A stretch of DNA of 63,998 bases, filler included, from Stramenopiles sp. TOSAG23-2 (lineage: Eukaryota): the NCBI GenBank assembly GCA_900128395.1. It is 5 parts of 5 records of this genome, joined end to end, with 100 filler letters (N's around TTAATTAATTAA, not from the genome) between each part and the next. Parts side by side here need not be neighbours in the genome. Positions count along the whole stretch, not along the records: positions 13,290 to 26,467 come from LT649819.1; positions 26,568 to 39,569 come from LT649821.1; 3 more parts are not named here. One strand, written 5' to 3'. Each line of letters starts with the position of its first letter. The stretch's first letter is position 1. Both the position numbers and the translations under genes were made by a program. Positions 21,222 through 32,345 of this stretch are shown here, in pieces. Under the pieces are notes generated by a model. The model searched no databases. It worked only from the letters and a program-made list of their open reading frames with translations, and was not told the origin of the DNA.

Positions 21222-21430
21222 TGTTGTAGATAAAGTGCTTGTTCCATCAATAGTAATTGCTCCACTCGCATCTATATACAGTGTGGATGTGTGGATGAAT
21301 CAATATCAATTGCTACATCTGCTGCTTTACCAATATTAATTCCACTTTCCACTACCACCATCTATATCAATAGTTCCATCCGCATCTATATATCAATATT
21401 AGATACATTACTTCCTTCTGATATAAACAT
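21222..21430 (-). pseudogene. Decayed fragment of an IDxxG-repeat (beta-solenoid/fibre-like) protein
   Basis: Removing 2-, 7- and 8-nt micro-duplications gives NIDIDADGTIDIDGGSGINIGKAADVAIDIDSSTLYIDASGAITIDGTSTLSTT. Confidence 0.6.
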
Positions 21431-21846
21431 ATAGCATGGAAATTGGAAAATACAATTGTTTATATTTGATAGTAATAATATATTGTATCAGTATACGTAA
21501 TACATCATAAGTACGAAATAGAAAATAGAAAAAATCGGGGATATATATAGGTGGTTACAATAAATAAGAAGTACCATTATTCTTATTCTAAATTCAAAAT
21601 AAAGTCGTTGCATCTCTGCCTTTTTAGATGAATATATATATATTATATATATGAATATAAAGGTGGAATATAGCGAAATGGAGTGTTTGTGTGTTTATAT
21701 GCGTGATTGGAAATTGGTATACCTATCTCTCTTGTGTGTGTATATCGTATCTATCAAGATTAATAATAATATATAGATTGTAAATTATTGTAGATTCATT
21801 GTGGATCATTCTGATTAACAAACAGTTTTTCTCTTTGTATATATCG

Positions 21847-21976
21847 TTATATTGTTGATTGTAGATTATAGATTTATTGTATAGATAATTTTGATTAAAC
21901 AGTTTATCTCTTTATATTGTTGATTGTAGATTATAGATTTATTGTATAGATAATTTTGATTAAACAGTTTATCTCT
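21847..21976 (+). repeat. 65-bp tandem duplication
   Basis: ttatattgttgattgtagattatag...aaacagtttatctct twice. Confidence 0.9.
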
Positions 21977-22080
21977 GTGTGTGTCTATATATAATATATA
22001 TATTGTAGATTGTATAGATTATAGAGTATAGAGTATAGATATTTATCATTAAATACTATAATACAAATATAAACAATAAC

Positions 22081-25047
22081 ATGAATTGGGAAGAGGAAGA
22101 AGAAGTGGAGGAAGATGCAACACAACGTTTTGCATCGAATTTAGTACCTAGAAAATCACCAACAAAACAGGAGGAAGAATTATTAGCATCGAAAATAGAA
22201 GCTAGGCGATTATTAATGAAATTAAATGGTGCTTTAGATGATTTACGATTACATATGGTATCAGAAGATGAAAATGAATATTTAGACGATGATGATGATG
22301 AAGAAGAAGAAAAATTTGGTGAAAGAAAATATGCATCTAATTCAAACAATAATAGAACAAAAAATCGAACTAATAATAATAACGGTAGAAGGTTAGGTGG
22401 AAGAAATTCAAATAGTAGTAGATTATTATTAAAACAACAACAACAAAATAATAATACACCACAAAAAAAAGAAAATAAAAAAAACAAAAGTCCACTTCAT
22501 AATCGTCCAAAATGGAATGATAGATATCAACCTACTGATTCACCATTAGATTATGAAGCACCAAGATTTAAAAAAGGTTTTCATCCAGCGTCACCTGGAA
22601 AAACATTAAAAAGTGGAACTATGAATAATATTGTAAACAATAAAAAAAGAAAAAAGAAAAATACAAAGAAACCAACGTGGGATAGTCGAATAATTGCTAC
22701 TAGATCTGCATTAGATGATGTACCAACAAGACCAAGAAGTAATTTAATGAAGAAACGTTTTGTATCATTAAAAGATTTGGAACATTTAGCATCATTAGCA
22801 CCAACTGCATCATTAAAAGAACTTTTAGATGTTGGAAAAAATGCAGTCAATTTACAACAAGAACATAAAATTAGACGTAATAATAATAAGAAGAAGAAAA
22901 CAAATAATTATAATAATAGGGTGATGATGGATGAAGAAGATGAGGAAGACCCTTTTGATTTTTATGAAGAAGAAGAAGATTTTGAGGGAGAAGAAGTTGA
23001 TGATAACTATCATAATAATTATGATGATGATGATTTTAAAGAAGAAGAATTAGATGATGATGAGGAGGAGGACGATAATTATGAAGAGGATGAGGAAGAT
23101 TTTTTTGACGATAATAAGAATAACAATAATAAATCACTTGCATCTGTTGGTGGTGGCAATATAAATTCATTGTTAAAAAAATATGCTAATGAAAAACAAA
23201 ATAGGTCAAGACAAATACGATATACAAATAAATCCATAAACGGTAGTAATGGTGGTAGAAAATATAAAACTAATAATAATAGAAAAAAGTTGAAAAAAAT
23301 ACCTACTAGAAAGAAAAAAAACAATAAAGGAATCATCATTTCAAAAAAGAAAAAGAAAATTGCTGCAATAAAAGCAAGTAATAAACAACGATTAAAACGA
23401 TTATCAAAAGTTAGAAAAAAAAAGAAAAAACATGGTCCTAAAAGTAATCAAAATTCCAAATCAAGGAAAAAGAATAATACTAAAAAGTCACTTCATAGTA
23501 GTAATAGATCTTCTCAACAACATATACGATGGCATCAAGGTGATGTATTAGATAATCCTGGTATACCACGTAGCCCAGGTGGGATTCTTAAAAATCAACA
23601 AAATACAAACAGTGCACCTGTACTTGGTGGCATACGAAGTAGAAAACGTCCACAATCAGCACCAGGAATGAGAAGAAGTTATAGTAGTAGGAACACTGCT
23701 GATGATGATACTAATAGCTATTATGGCGTATCATCATCAAGAAGGAGGGAAAAAAATATGACAAAAAATTATGGTAAAGATGATAATGGATTATTAAAAT
23801 GGAATTGGAATGGTCCTAGAGATGCAGCTGATATACGGAAAATCCTTGATCCTAGTTCACCTGCATCACCATCGCATTGGTCCAATATGGTTAATTTTTC
23901 AAATATTCGACCATTACATTTGCCAAAAAAACGTGAATATCCAGCTCCTAAAATTCCAATTACGAAATTTAGACCTGCACCAGTCTCGAGTGGACATCCA
24001 ACCACTCGTACCGAACGTATTCAAAATTATAGATTAGAGCATTTTCCAGAATATGCACGTTTAGGAGAAGGTCAAATGTGTGTCACCATTGCCCATTGTT
24101 GCAATTGTCACTTGCATCAAAAAACGACACGACATGATGAGGCAAAATATAAAAATTATGCAATGCGTTTAGCTGCTGGTATACGAATGGCAATGCCATT
24201 GGTAAAAGTTATCGTAAAACCTGGTTTAATTGGTGGATTTGAAGTTCAAATGTGTCGTCAAGAAGCACAAAAATTGAAGAAAACATTGTTACATTCTAAA
24301 TTAGTAACACATGCATGGCCTGATATTCCATTGTTGATTGAACGAATTAAAAAATTTACCCCAAAACATGAATTAGTCGTAAATATCACTGCAAATGTTG
24401 ATAATGATCAAATTTTCTCTGAAATGATTGCTAAAGTTGTCGATGAATCCGGTGAAATTGTTTGTGGTCCAGAATTCTTAGTGCCATTACGTTCGTTGGA
24501 ACGCAACGTTGCTCGCGGCACGGTTAGTTTATTAGTTCCGTCCGGTTCTTATACATTAGTAGTAGAAGGTGCAACGAGAGATGAGGAAGATGGAAAAGTT
24601 ATTCCACATACAAATGATGATGATGATAAATTTTTACCAATTAAAGAACATATTGATACGACGGAAGAAGTTCGAACGGTTATTGATCGTGTCTTAACAT
24701 TGAAACGACATTTAATAGTAAATGTTACAAGAGCACAACGTTCACAATCATGTAGTGGTGCACAAGTTATCGTGAAAGATCAATTTACAAAAGATGTGAA
24801 AACTGGTATTTGTAATAATGATGGAGTGATTACGTTCATGTTAGGACCTGTACCAAAAAAACATTTAAATGGTGCATGGCCAACTGATGGTTTTACCAAT
24901 AATTTGATTATTACAGCAAATGAAATTGGTGGAAATTTAAAAAGCAAAAGTGTTTCTTGCAAATCACCAGATATTAAATCAACGGAAGGATCATTAATTG
25001 AAATCGATGTAGGTGGTACACCAATTTACGATGATGATTTTCAGTAA
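22081..25047 (+). CDS. Large low-complexity protein with Rdx (SelW/SelT/SelH-like) CxxC domain and beta-sandwich C-terminus
   Basis: VTIAHCCNCHLHQKTTRH...GLIGGFEVQ...LLHSKLVTHAWPDI is the Rdx pattern; Cys rather than Sec. Confidence 0.7.
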   Translation: MNWEEEEEVEEDATQRFASNLVPRKSPTKQEEELLASKIEARRLLMKLNGALDDLRLHMVSEDENEYLDDDDDEEEEKFGERKYASNSNNNRTKNRTNNNNGRRLGGRNSNSSRLLLKQQQQNNNTPQKKENKKNKSPLHNRPKWNDRYQPTDSPLDYEAPRFKKGFHPASPGKTLKSGTMNNIVNNKKRKKKNTKKPTWDSRIIATRSALDDVPTRPRSNLMKKRFVSLKDLEHLASLAPTASLKELLDVGKNAVNLQQEHKIRRNNNKKKKTNNYNNRVMMDEEDEEDPFDFYEEEEDFEGEEVDDNYHNNYDDDDFKEEELDDDEEEDDNYEEDEEDFFDDNKNNNNKSLASVGGGNINSLLKKYANEKQNRSRQIRYTNKSINGSNGGRKYKTNNNRKKLKKIPTRKKKNNKGIIISKKKKKIAAIKASNKQRLKRLSKVRKKKKKHGPKSNQNSKSRKKNNTKKSLHSSNRSSQQHIRWHQGDVLDNPGIPRSPGGILKNQQNTNSAPVLGGIRSRKRPQSAPGMRRSYSSRNTADDDTNSYYGVSSSRRREKNMTKNYGKDDNGLLKWNWNGPRDAADIRKILDPSSPASPSHWSNMVNFSNIRPLHLPKKREYPAPKIPITKFRPAPVSSGHPTTRTERIQNYRLEHFPEYARLGEGQMCVTIAHCCNCHLHQKTTRHDEAKYKNYAMRLAAGIRMAMPLVKVIVKPGLIGGFEVQMCRQEAQKLKKTLLHSKLVTHAWPDIPLLIERIKKFTPKHELVVNITANVDNDQIFSEMIAKVVDESGEIVCGPEFLVPLRSLERNVARGTVSLLVPSGSYTLVVEGATRDEEDGKVIPHTNDDDDKFLPIKEHIDTTEEVRTVIDRVLTLKRHLIVNVTRAQRSQSCSGAQVIVKDQFTKDVKTGICNNDGVITFMLGPVPKKHLNGAWPTDGFTNNLIITANEIGGNLKSKSVSCKSPDIKSTEGSLIEIDVGGTPIYDDDFQ

Positions 25048-25083
25048 AAACATATTACGAACCACCACAAGTATTTTTGGTAA

Positions 25084-25385
25084 ATCATACGAGAGGGAGA
25101 AGGGGGTAAGGGAGAAGTGGAATTTCTGCTGAATTTTCCCTGGAGAATCCTTTTAAAAACTTTTTTGTACACACACGAACTCCGAGTATAAAAAAACATT
25201 TTTTATCATTTTTATGTCGTGTATAACACAATTTATCATACGAGAGGGAGAAGGGGGTAAGGGAGAAGTGGAATTTCTGCTGAATTTTCCCTGGAGAATC
25301 CTTTTAAAAACTTTTTTGTACACACACGAACTCCGAGTATAAAAAAACATTTTTTATCATTTTTATGTCGTGTATAACACAATTT
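25084..25385 (+). repeat. 151-bp tandem duplication downstream of the Rdx gene
   Basis: atcatacgagagggagaagg...gtataacacaattt at 25084 and 25235. Confidence 0.95.
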
Positions 25386-25500
25386 TAAAAAATATTTAAT
25401 GCATCTTTTATCTCGCTTAAAAATCTCCGCACACACAACACTACACCACACACATCTCATCATTCATAAATTTAATATTTTTTTTATTCTTTTTTACGAT

Positions 25501-26467
25501 TTACGATTCATCCATGACGCATAAATTTGAAATCTTTTCCAACCATGTGAAAATCATTTTCACACCACCTGTTGGGGATACTGATTTGTATGGGACATTA
25601 TGTTTTAAACAAAATTCCATGACATTTCTAGATGCCGTTCGTAAATTATGTCTTGGCATGGTTGGGAATAAATGATGTTCAATTTGAAAATTCAATCCAC
25701 CAAAGAACCAATCTGCTAATCGTGGCCAATTTGTTTTTGTTACATTCAATGTACCTACACATTGCAATGCTGCCCAATCGCCATCTTTCAATGTCTCCGC
25801 TCCATGTTTTTCAATTGGATAATGGTTCATGAATACTACTAATGCTAAGGAAATCCCTGCAAAACATTGTGAAATTAATAAAAATATACCGAAATACATT
25901 AACCCACCATAAATACTATCAAGAGTCATATGAGTTAACAACAATTCAATCAACTCAGTATTCGTTTCGTTAATACCTGCTGCACAATGTAATGCATTCT
26001 GTCCATAACTGTCCAAAATATTAGGACCAGCTTCACATTGCTCAATTAAATATTCAACTATTTGGAAATGTTCGAATTGTGCAGCTGCCATTAAAGGTGT
26101 ACATTCATAACTACCACGACTACTTCTACCGAGTTGATTCACCATTTCTTTCAATGTCATATTACCTTCTTTCACACCGTTCATTTCAATATATTTATGA
26201 AAACGATGTAAATTTACAAATAATAACACATCATTCATACGTCCTTCTTCACATGCACATACCAATGCAGTATTTCCTTCGAACTCATTTCCATATCTTT
26301 GATATAGCTCATACAACTGCTTTGGTTTACGTATCGCTTCACTTACACACTCATTAAAACTTCTATGTCCTAAATTTTTCACTAAACAAGACTCGCTCAT
26401 TTTTAATATAGATTTAACATTTAAAAATTTTAAAATATTTTTAAACAAACCTGGTATACCACATATA
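25501..26467 (-). CDS. Chimeric ORF: F-box/ankyrin family N-part fused in frame to the C-terminal part of a front-end fatty-acid desaturase; 5'-truncated
   Basis: TALVCACEEG, TPLMAAA, NALHCAA, ELIELLLTHMTLDSI (ankyrin family of 39670-48158), then VFMNHYP...DWFFGGLNFQIEHHLFPTMPRHN (third His box). Confidence 0.75.
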
Positions 26468-26567
26468 NNNNNNNNNNNNNNNNNNNNNNNNNNNNNNNNN
26501 NNNNNNNNNNNTTAATTAATTAANNNNNNNNNNNNNNNNNNNNNNNNNNNNNNNNNNNNNNNNNNNN
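26468..26567. other. Artificial contig linker
   Basis: 44 N + TTAATTAATTAA + 44 N. Confidence 0.99.
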
Positions 26568-27415
26568 ATATAGCTGAAGTGGTCTTTTTAAAAGACTTAA
26601 AAAAGTTGAAGTTATTGTTTTTATCTGATAATCCTTGTTCAAATCATCCATTTTATAAAGCATTCATATTACGAACACTACCAAATTTGTTAAAACTAGA
26701 CGATGAAGAAATAACATATCGTGATCGCCAAAGTGCTAATAGTATCAGTGATCCAGGATTAAATGCACTGCACCAACGTGCGCATAATTTATTATTTGCA
26801 AGTGGAATAAGCTCCACATATATAGATGATAGAGAATTTAATAATAATAGCCAACAGTTAAACAAACAACACCAACAACGAAATGCCAATAATGTCAGTA
26901 CTAGAAAATCTGGGGAAGGAAGCAAAGTTGATTCAACTCCAGTGAATAATAACAGTTTTGTAGATGTCCAACAATACAAAATACAAATGGATATGTTATT
27001 ACAAAAATTAAATGAAGTAGAAATTAGAAATAATAAAATGGAACAGGAAATCGATAGATTGAAACAAGATCAAATTGCTCAATTAAATAAAGAAAGTGAT
27101 CTTATTATTACAGAAGCAAAAAATAAGAAGCAAATAGCAGCATTAGAAACAAATCAAGGGAAATTATTAAGGCGCATTGATGCATTAGAAGCAAAGTTAT
27201 TCAAGATACCAGATGGACATGTTATTAGCACTAGTAATAAAACGGCTTCACAAAAAAACAATTTACCTAAAGATAGTGATAACAATGAACAAAGTGGGAC
27301 GAAAAAGAAAAAAAATAATGTTACAAGCAAGATTGGTGGTGGTGATGATAAAGGTAACAGCAGTGCAAACAATCATGTGTCCAAAAGCAATATGAAAAAT
27401 AACAATATTTTTTAA
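26568..27415 (+). CDS. LRR/LRRcap protein with coiled coil, CFAP410 (C21orf2)-like; 5'-truncated
   Basis: LKDLKKLKLLFLSDNPC...YKAFILRTLPNLLKLDDEEIT..DR LRRcap motif. Confidence 0.65.
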
Positions 27416-27603
27416 AATGTTAATAAGAGAGAGCTGTATCATATAAGAGAGTCGCTATTTTTTTACACACGCACACACGTAACAGCAGTGCAAACAATCA
27501 TGTGTCCAAAAGCAATATGAAAAATAACAATATTTTTTAAAATGTTAATAAGAGAGAGCTGTATCATATAAGAGAGTTGCTATTTTTTTACACACGCACA
27601 CAC
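27354..27603 (+). repeat. 125-bp tandem duplication spanning the stop codon of the LRR gene
   Basis: gtaacagcagtgc... at 27354 and 27479, one substitution. Confidence 0.95.
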
Positions 27604-27891
27604 TCTTTTTTTCAAAAAAAAAAAATACGTTTTCTCTCTCTCTCTCTTGTCTCGTAAAAAATATCACAGAATTATATTAATATGATACTACTCTTTTGTA
27701 CATAATACTGGTACATACCATGTCCTCTCACACTTCATACCAAGTCGTCAAGGTCTAGGTCCATTTACATTTCACATATATGTGATAACATGTTTTGCAT
27801 AATATACTCTATATATTATTTAATTCCATGTATATTATATATATATATACATCGTACGAGTATACTCGTATATATATTGTGTGTGTGTGCC

Positions 27892-28676
27892 TTAATTATT
27901 GATTTTACATACCAATTGCCTTTTAATATCATCTTTATTTTTCAATAATTCATGTTCACATAATAATGGCGAATTGATTACAATATTATAATGGCAAGTA
28001 CGATCTTCTTTGACTGATACGATATAATTCACAGTTTTCTTTCCTTTGCATATGAAATATACATCTGAACTTCGTTTTTGTCCGGTGATACCACACTCAT
28101 GGCCATTCGTATATTCTTGTACAAATGCTTTACGTTCTACAGATTCAATAGATTGTTGGATGGAATTTTTATTTTCAATTTCATTTACATTAGCACGTTC
28201 ATGTCCTTGAAATTTTCCTAACATAAATTCTGATTGTATTTTTGTTTCCCGTTTACCTTTACCATTAGTCGATGTATGCAAATGCAATTGTCTGACGTGA
28301 TGACGATAACAAAATTCATACGTCCACCAACCATCATGTTTTTGCATGCAAACTTTCTCCAAAGGTTTTAGCAATGCATGCACACTAAAACGTTTTTGCG
28401 TTGGTGTTAATTCTTCTGGTGGACATGCAAGGGGAGTACATACATTAATTTCATATGAACACGTCTCTTTTTCTTTCAAGGACTCCAATGCAATAAAATT
28501 GGTAAGTGATGATGGATTTCCATTATCATTGCTGTTCTTCTTCTTATTTGCTTCGTTATTTTGATGACAACATGTGATATGTACAACAGATTTACGTCCA
28601 CTTTTTGTTTCATCGCAATGTTGACCATTTGAAAAATAATAAGAAAATTTTTCTCCATGCTTATTTACATTATCAC

Positions 28677-28712
<36 letters not shown>

Positions 28713-29415
28713 TGTCATTACTGGAAGAGGAGGACGAAGCATCAGGAGGAGTGATGGTGGTAGTTGATTTCTTTTTCTTTTCTTCTTGTGAATTTTTAAT
28801 TGCAATAGCAGTTTTATGTGCATCATATACACCTAAACTCCAACTAGTACCAACTGATTCGCCATTTTTTTCTTTGTGATATTGCGTCACTTGTTGTTTA
28901 TGACACCAACGATATGTCCACCAACCATGAGGAAATTCGACGCATACACCACGTAAAGCATGTAAATCATGATTTGGCTGCAGAGTATTGGCAAGTTTTT
29001 TATTTTTTTTCATCGTCGTCGTCGTCTGCGACGAGATAGACGGATTGTTGTCGTTGCTATCATTTGGTGTATGTTTATTTGCGTTATCCTTTTTCCCATC
29101 TTGTTTCTTAACATCATCGTGGCTTAAGTCATCGTCCTCATCCGTGGATGATGTTGTATTTACATAGACACACATATATTGCACGCCAAGGTCGTCTGTC
29201 ATAGACATGGTTTGATTTTTTATAAAATTACTATCACTATTTACATCAAAACGGTGGCTATTACGTAATTCGGATATTAAGTTCAAATTGCGTTGTACAT
29301 GGTTATTACCGACAGGTGTATGTATTAAATTGCTATGTACATCTCGTGGAGTATATAAAACAACAAAAACTAAAGCAACAAACAAGTATCTACTTGTAGC
29401 AAATGTTGTTTTCAT
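27892..29415 (-). CDS. ERLEC1: ER lectin OS-9/ERLEC1 (XTP3-B)-like with two MRH domains
   Basis: Signal peptide; two GWWTY.[WF]C motifs; NG..C..T...R...V...C and E..TC.Y...V..P..C each twice. Confidence 0.85.
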
Positions 29416-29559
29416 CTTTTAAAAAAAAAGAGAAACTCAAAAATTTAATGAGAAAACAAAAACAAAAAGAACGAAAACACAAATATATATACTATTTTTC
29501 AACACAAAAAATAACACTATTATTGATTTCACTATACTATAATTATTATTGTATTGTAA

Positions 29560-29782
29560 TATAAATACTACAATATCGTAATTTTATATATTTATATATA
29601 TAGGTAAATTCAATAATAAAGTAAAAAGCAAAACAAAGCAAATAATCAATCAATCAAATATATATCTCGTTTATAAATACTACAATATTGTAATTTTATA
29701 TATATATATATATAGGTAAATTCAACAATAAAGTAAAAAGCAAAACAAAGCAATTAATCAATCAATCAAATATATATCTCGT
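29560..29782 (+). repeat. ~112-bp tandem duplication
   Basis: tataaatactacaat...aatcaaatatatatctcgt twice with few mismatches. Confidence 0.9.
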
Positions 29783-30392
29783 ATATACATGTAATAAACT
29801 TTCTCTATAACAAGATTGTGTTGAACATTTCTGTTTATAAACTTTTTGTATGTATTTATATAAATAGTTGTTCGATTGATTGATTTATTAAAAAATATTA
29901 ATACCTGGTACTATAATACAACAAACTACTAAAAGTGCACAAAATTTTATTTAAAAAATCATATTTTCTTCCGGGTCTTTCAAAAACACCTTAACACCCA
30001 AAACATGAAAACATGTGAATATTGATATGTGAATACTGAGGCTATATCACAGGTGTATTTTTTATACTGTAGTGTTGATGAGGTTAAGGTAATTTAAAAC
30101 GAATTTTGATTGAAAAGAAAACATTGCTGGGGTGCCATTTGATTTTATGTATTATTTTATGTAATTTTTGGATTTATAGTGTGAATGGTCTCTCTTGTCA
30201 ATTGCTCTGTTTCCTTTCTGGTATATTTGAAGTTGTATTATAAAGTATTTTTCCCCAGACACAACAACCTGTATATATATATATATTAACGTACGACCTC
30301 GTGTGTGGTAATATTTGTTTTGAAAGAACTACAAACTTTTATTATTATATTAAATAATTAGATTTTGTCTTCTGGTATTTTTTTACTTCTTA

Positions 30393-32030
30393 TTATATAC
30401 TTAATTCAATGACATCTCTACCAAAAATTTCACGTGGGCAATATGGACATTTAAATCTTGAACGTCCACGTGCAATTAATAACATGCTTTCTTTACACAA
30501 TGCATGTCCACATGTTAATAACACTGGGGGATTTAATGCAGTTGCTTGTTCTTTACTGACTGGGCATGTAAATATACTATGAAATTGTACATCATGTCCG
30601 ATTTCAATATTTACTGGCAATTCTTTCAATTCATGCCATGTTTCACTATTATTATTATCATCATTGTTATTATTCCCATCATCTCTGAAAAAATTACTTC
30701 CAGTATTTTTTTTCTCCATGATACTATCTAATTTACGTATATCATCCATCGCACCAACACCAACATTTACAGCTGTTGCTAATGCTGAATTCAATGGCAA
30801 ACCATGTTGCTTACAATAACATCTTTTAAAAGTTTGTACCGTTTTCTGCCATGTCTCTTCGCTTTGCATTTGTGCGTATTTATTATTAGATGAATTTGCA
30901 CCTGGAAATAATAAACAACCCATTAATGATTGAATTGCATCCCCGTATTTATTCACAAATTTAGGAAAATTAGCTTGACTATAACGTACAGCACCATCCA
31001 TATCATTTTGACTTAATAAATTAATATAATGTAAACTACGTAATTGAAATTCTAAATCTAAAATATCATCATCATTATCAACATTTGACATTGTCCATGT
31101 TATTGCGCCTTCAGTTTTACCACATAATAAATCTGTTACAATAGAATTTAATTCCATATATAAATTATGTATTGGATTCGTAGTATTGTTGTTGTTGTTG
31201 TTATTATCATTATTGTTATCCTCATCATCAAAATTTGAACTATCTGAATTATTAGATGATGATTTACTTGCTTTTTTCTTTCCATTATCCTTGTTATTAT
31301 CATCTTTATTTCCAATCAGATTAATTGAAATAACTTCTTCTTTACCTTGTTTTTTACTACTACTACTACTACTACTACTACTTGTTTTATTATTATTTAT
31401 TTTAGTTGATTCACTATCTTTATTATATTTATTCATCATAATATCTGATTCATCGTTATTTGCAGTATTTGCTCCTATCATAGCAATGTGTGTAGTTACT
31501 GAATGGTTTATATGCTTTCTAATTTGTAACATTTCTTTCTTTGTCAATTTCTTTGATGGTTTATATAAAAATAAATCTGGTTGAAAATTTTTATCAATAC
31601 TTTTACCAAGTTTTGCTATTGAAGCATGTAATACTCGGTGTGATTTTTTTGCTCGATTTGTATCACTTAATATTTGTTTTAAATTTTTTGCCATGGATGA
31701 TTTTAAAGCTGCTAATTCTTTCTCGCTATAATTATTATCATTATTATTGTTTGATGATGACGACGACGATGCTTTAGTTTGAATCGTATTTTTCAAAATT
31801 AATGTACGTTCTTTCATAGCTTGTACTATTTGATAGTTTTCACTATAGGTCCTTTTACGTTTTAAATTCACATTATCAAGTTCTTTTTTCACATTTTCCA
31901 CTTTGTCAATGTGTTGCCTATTTGCTACAATTTGTGGATCCCACGGTGTTGTTGTCGACATAGGAGGAACAATTGGGAAGGAAGAAGATGATGGTGATAA
32001 TGATAATTGGTTAGATGTCGTATTATTCAT
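30393..32030 (-). CDS. RMND5: RMND5/GID2 subunit of the CTLH/GID E3 ligase
   Basis: LEFQLRSLHYINLL (CRA), ELPVNIEIG...FHSIFTCPVSKEQAT..NPP..L.CGHALC...FKCPYCP. Confidence 0.9.
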   Translation of the reverse strand: MNNTTSNQLSLSPSSSSFPIVPPMSTTTPWDPQIVANRQHIDKVENVKKELDNVNLKRKRTYSENYQIVQAMKERTLILKNTIQTKASSSSSSNNNNDNNYSEKELAALKSSMAKNLKQILSDTNRAKKSHRVLHASIAKLGKSIDKNFQPDLFLYKPSKKLTKKEMLQIRKHINHSVTTHIAMIGANTANNDESDIMMNKYNKDSESTKINNNKTSSSSSSSSSKKQGKEEVISINLIGNKDDNNKDNGKKKASKSSSNNSDSSNFDDEDNNNDNNNNNNNTTNPIHNLYMELNSIVTDLLCGKTEGAITWTMSNVDNDDDILDLEFQLRSLHYINLLSQNDMDGAVRYSQANFPKFVNKYGDAIQSLMGCLLFPGANSSNNKYAQMQSEETWQKTVQTFKRCYCKQHGLPLNSALATAVNVGVGAMDDIRKLDSIMEKKNTGSNFFRDDGNNNNDDNNNSETWHELKELPVNIEIGHDVQFHSIFTCPVSKEQATALNPPVLLTCGHALCKESMLLIARGRSRFKCPYCPREIFGRDVIELSI

Positions 32031-32345
32031 TCTCTCTCTTTTTCACACAAAAACTATTCTCCCAATCAAAACTATATATATATGTAACTAACATCAACAA
32101 ATTACAACAAATTACAACAACACAACAATTTTAATAGTATGCACGTATCAGCTGATAGTTCTATAGTAGTTTCGTTTTCCGAAGAAATTTCCGAAAACGT
32201 CGTAGTACTACACACTTACAACACTTGCATCATTCTTACCCTCCTTTGCACCTTAACCTTCTTCTTTAAGAATAAATTATTTATTAATATTTTTTATTTC
32301 ATTTATATATTATTGTATATATAAATAAAGTTTTTGGTAGAATGG

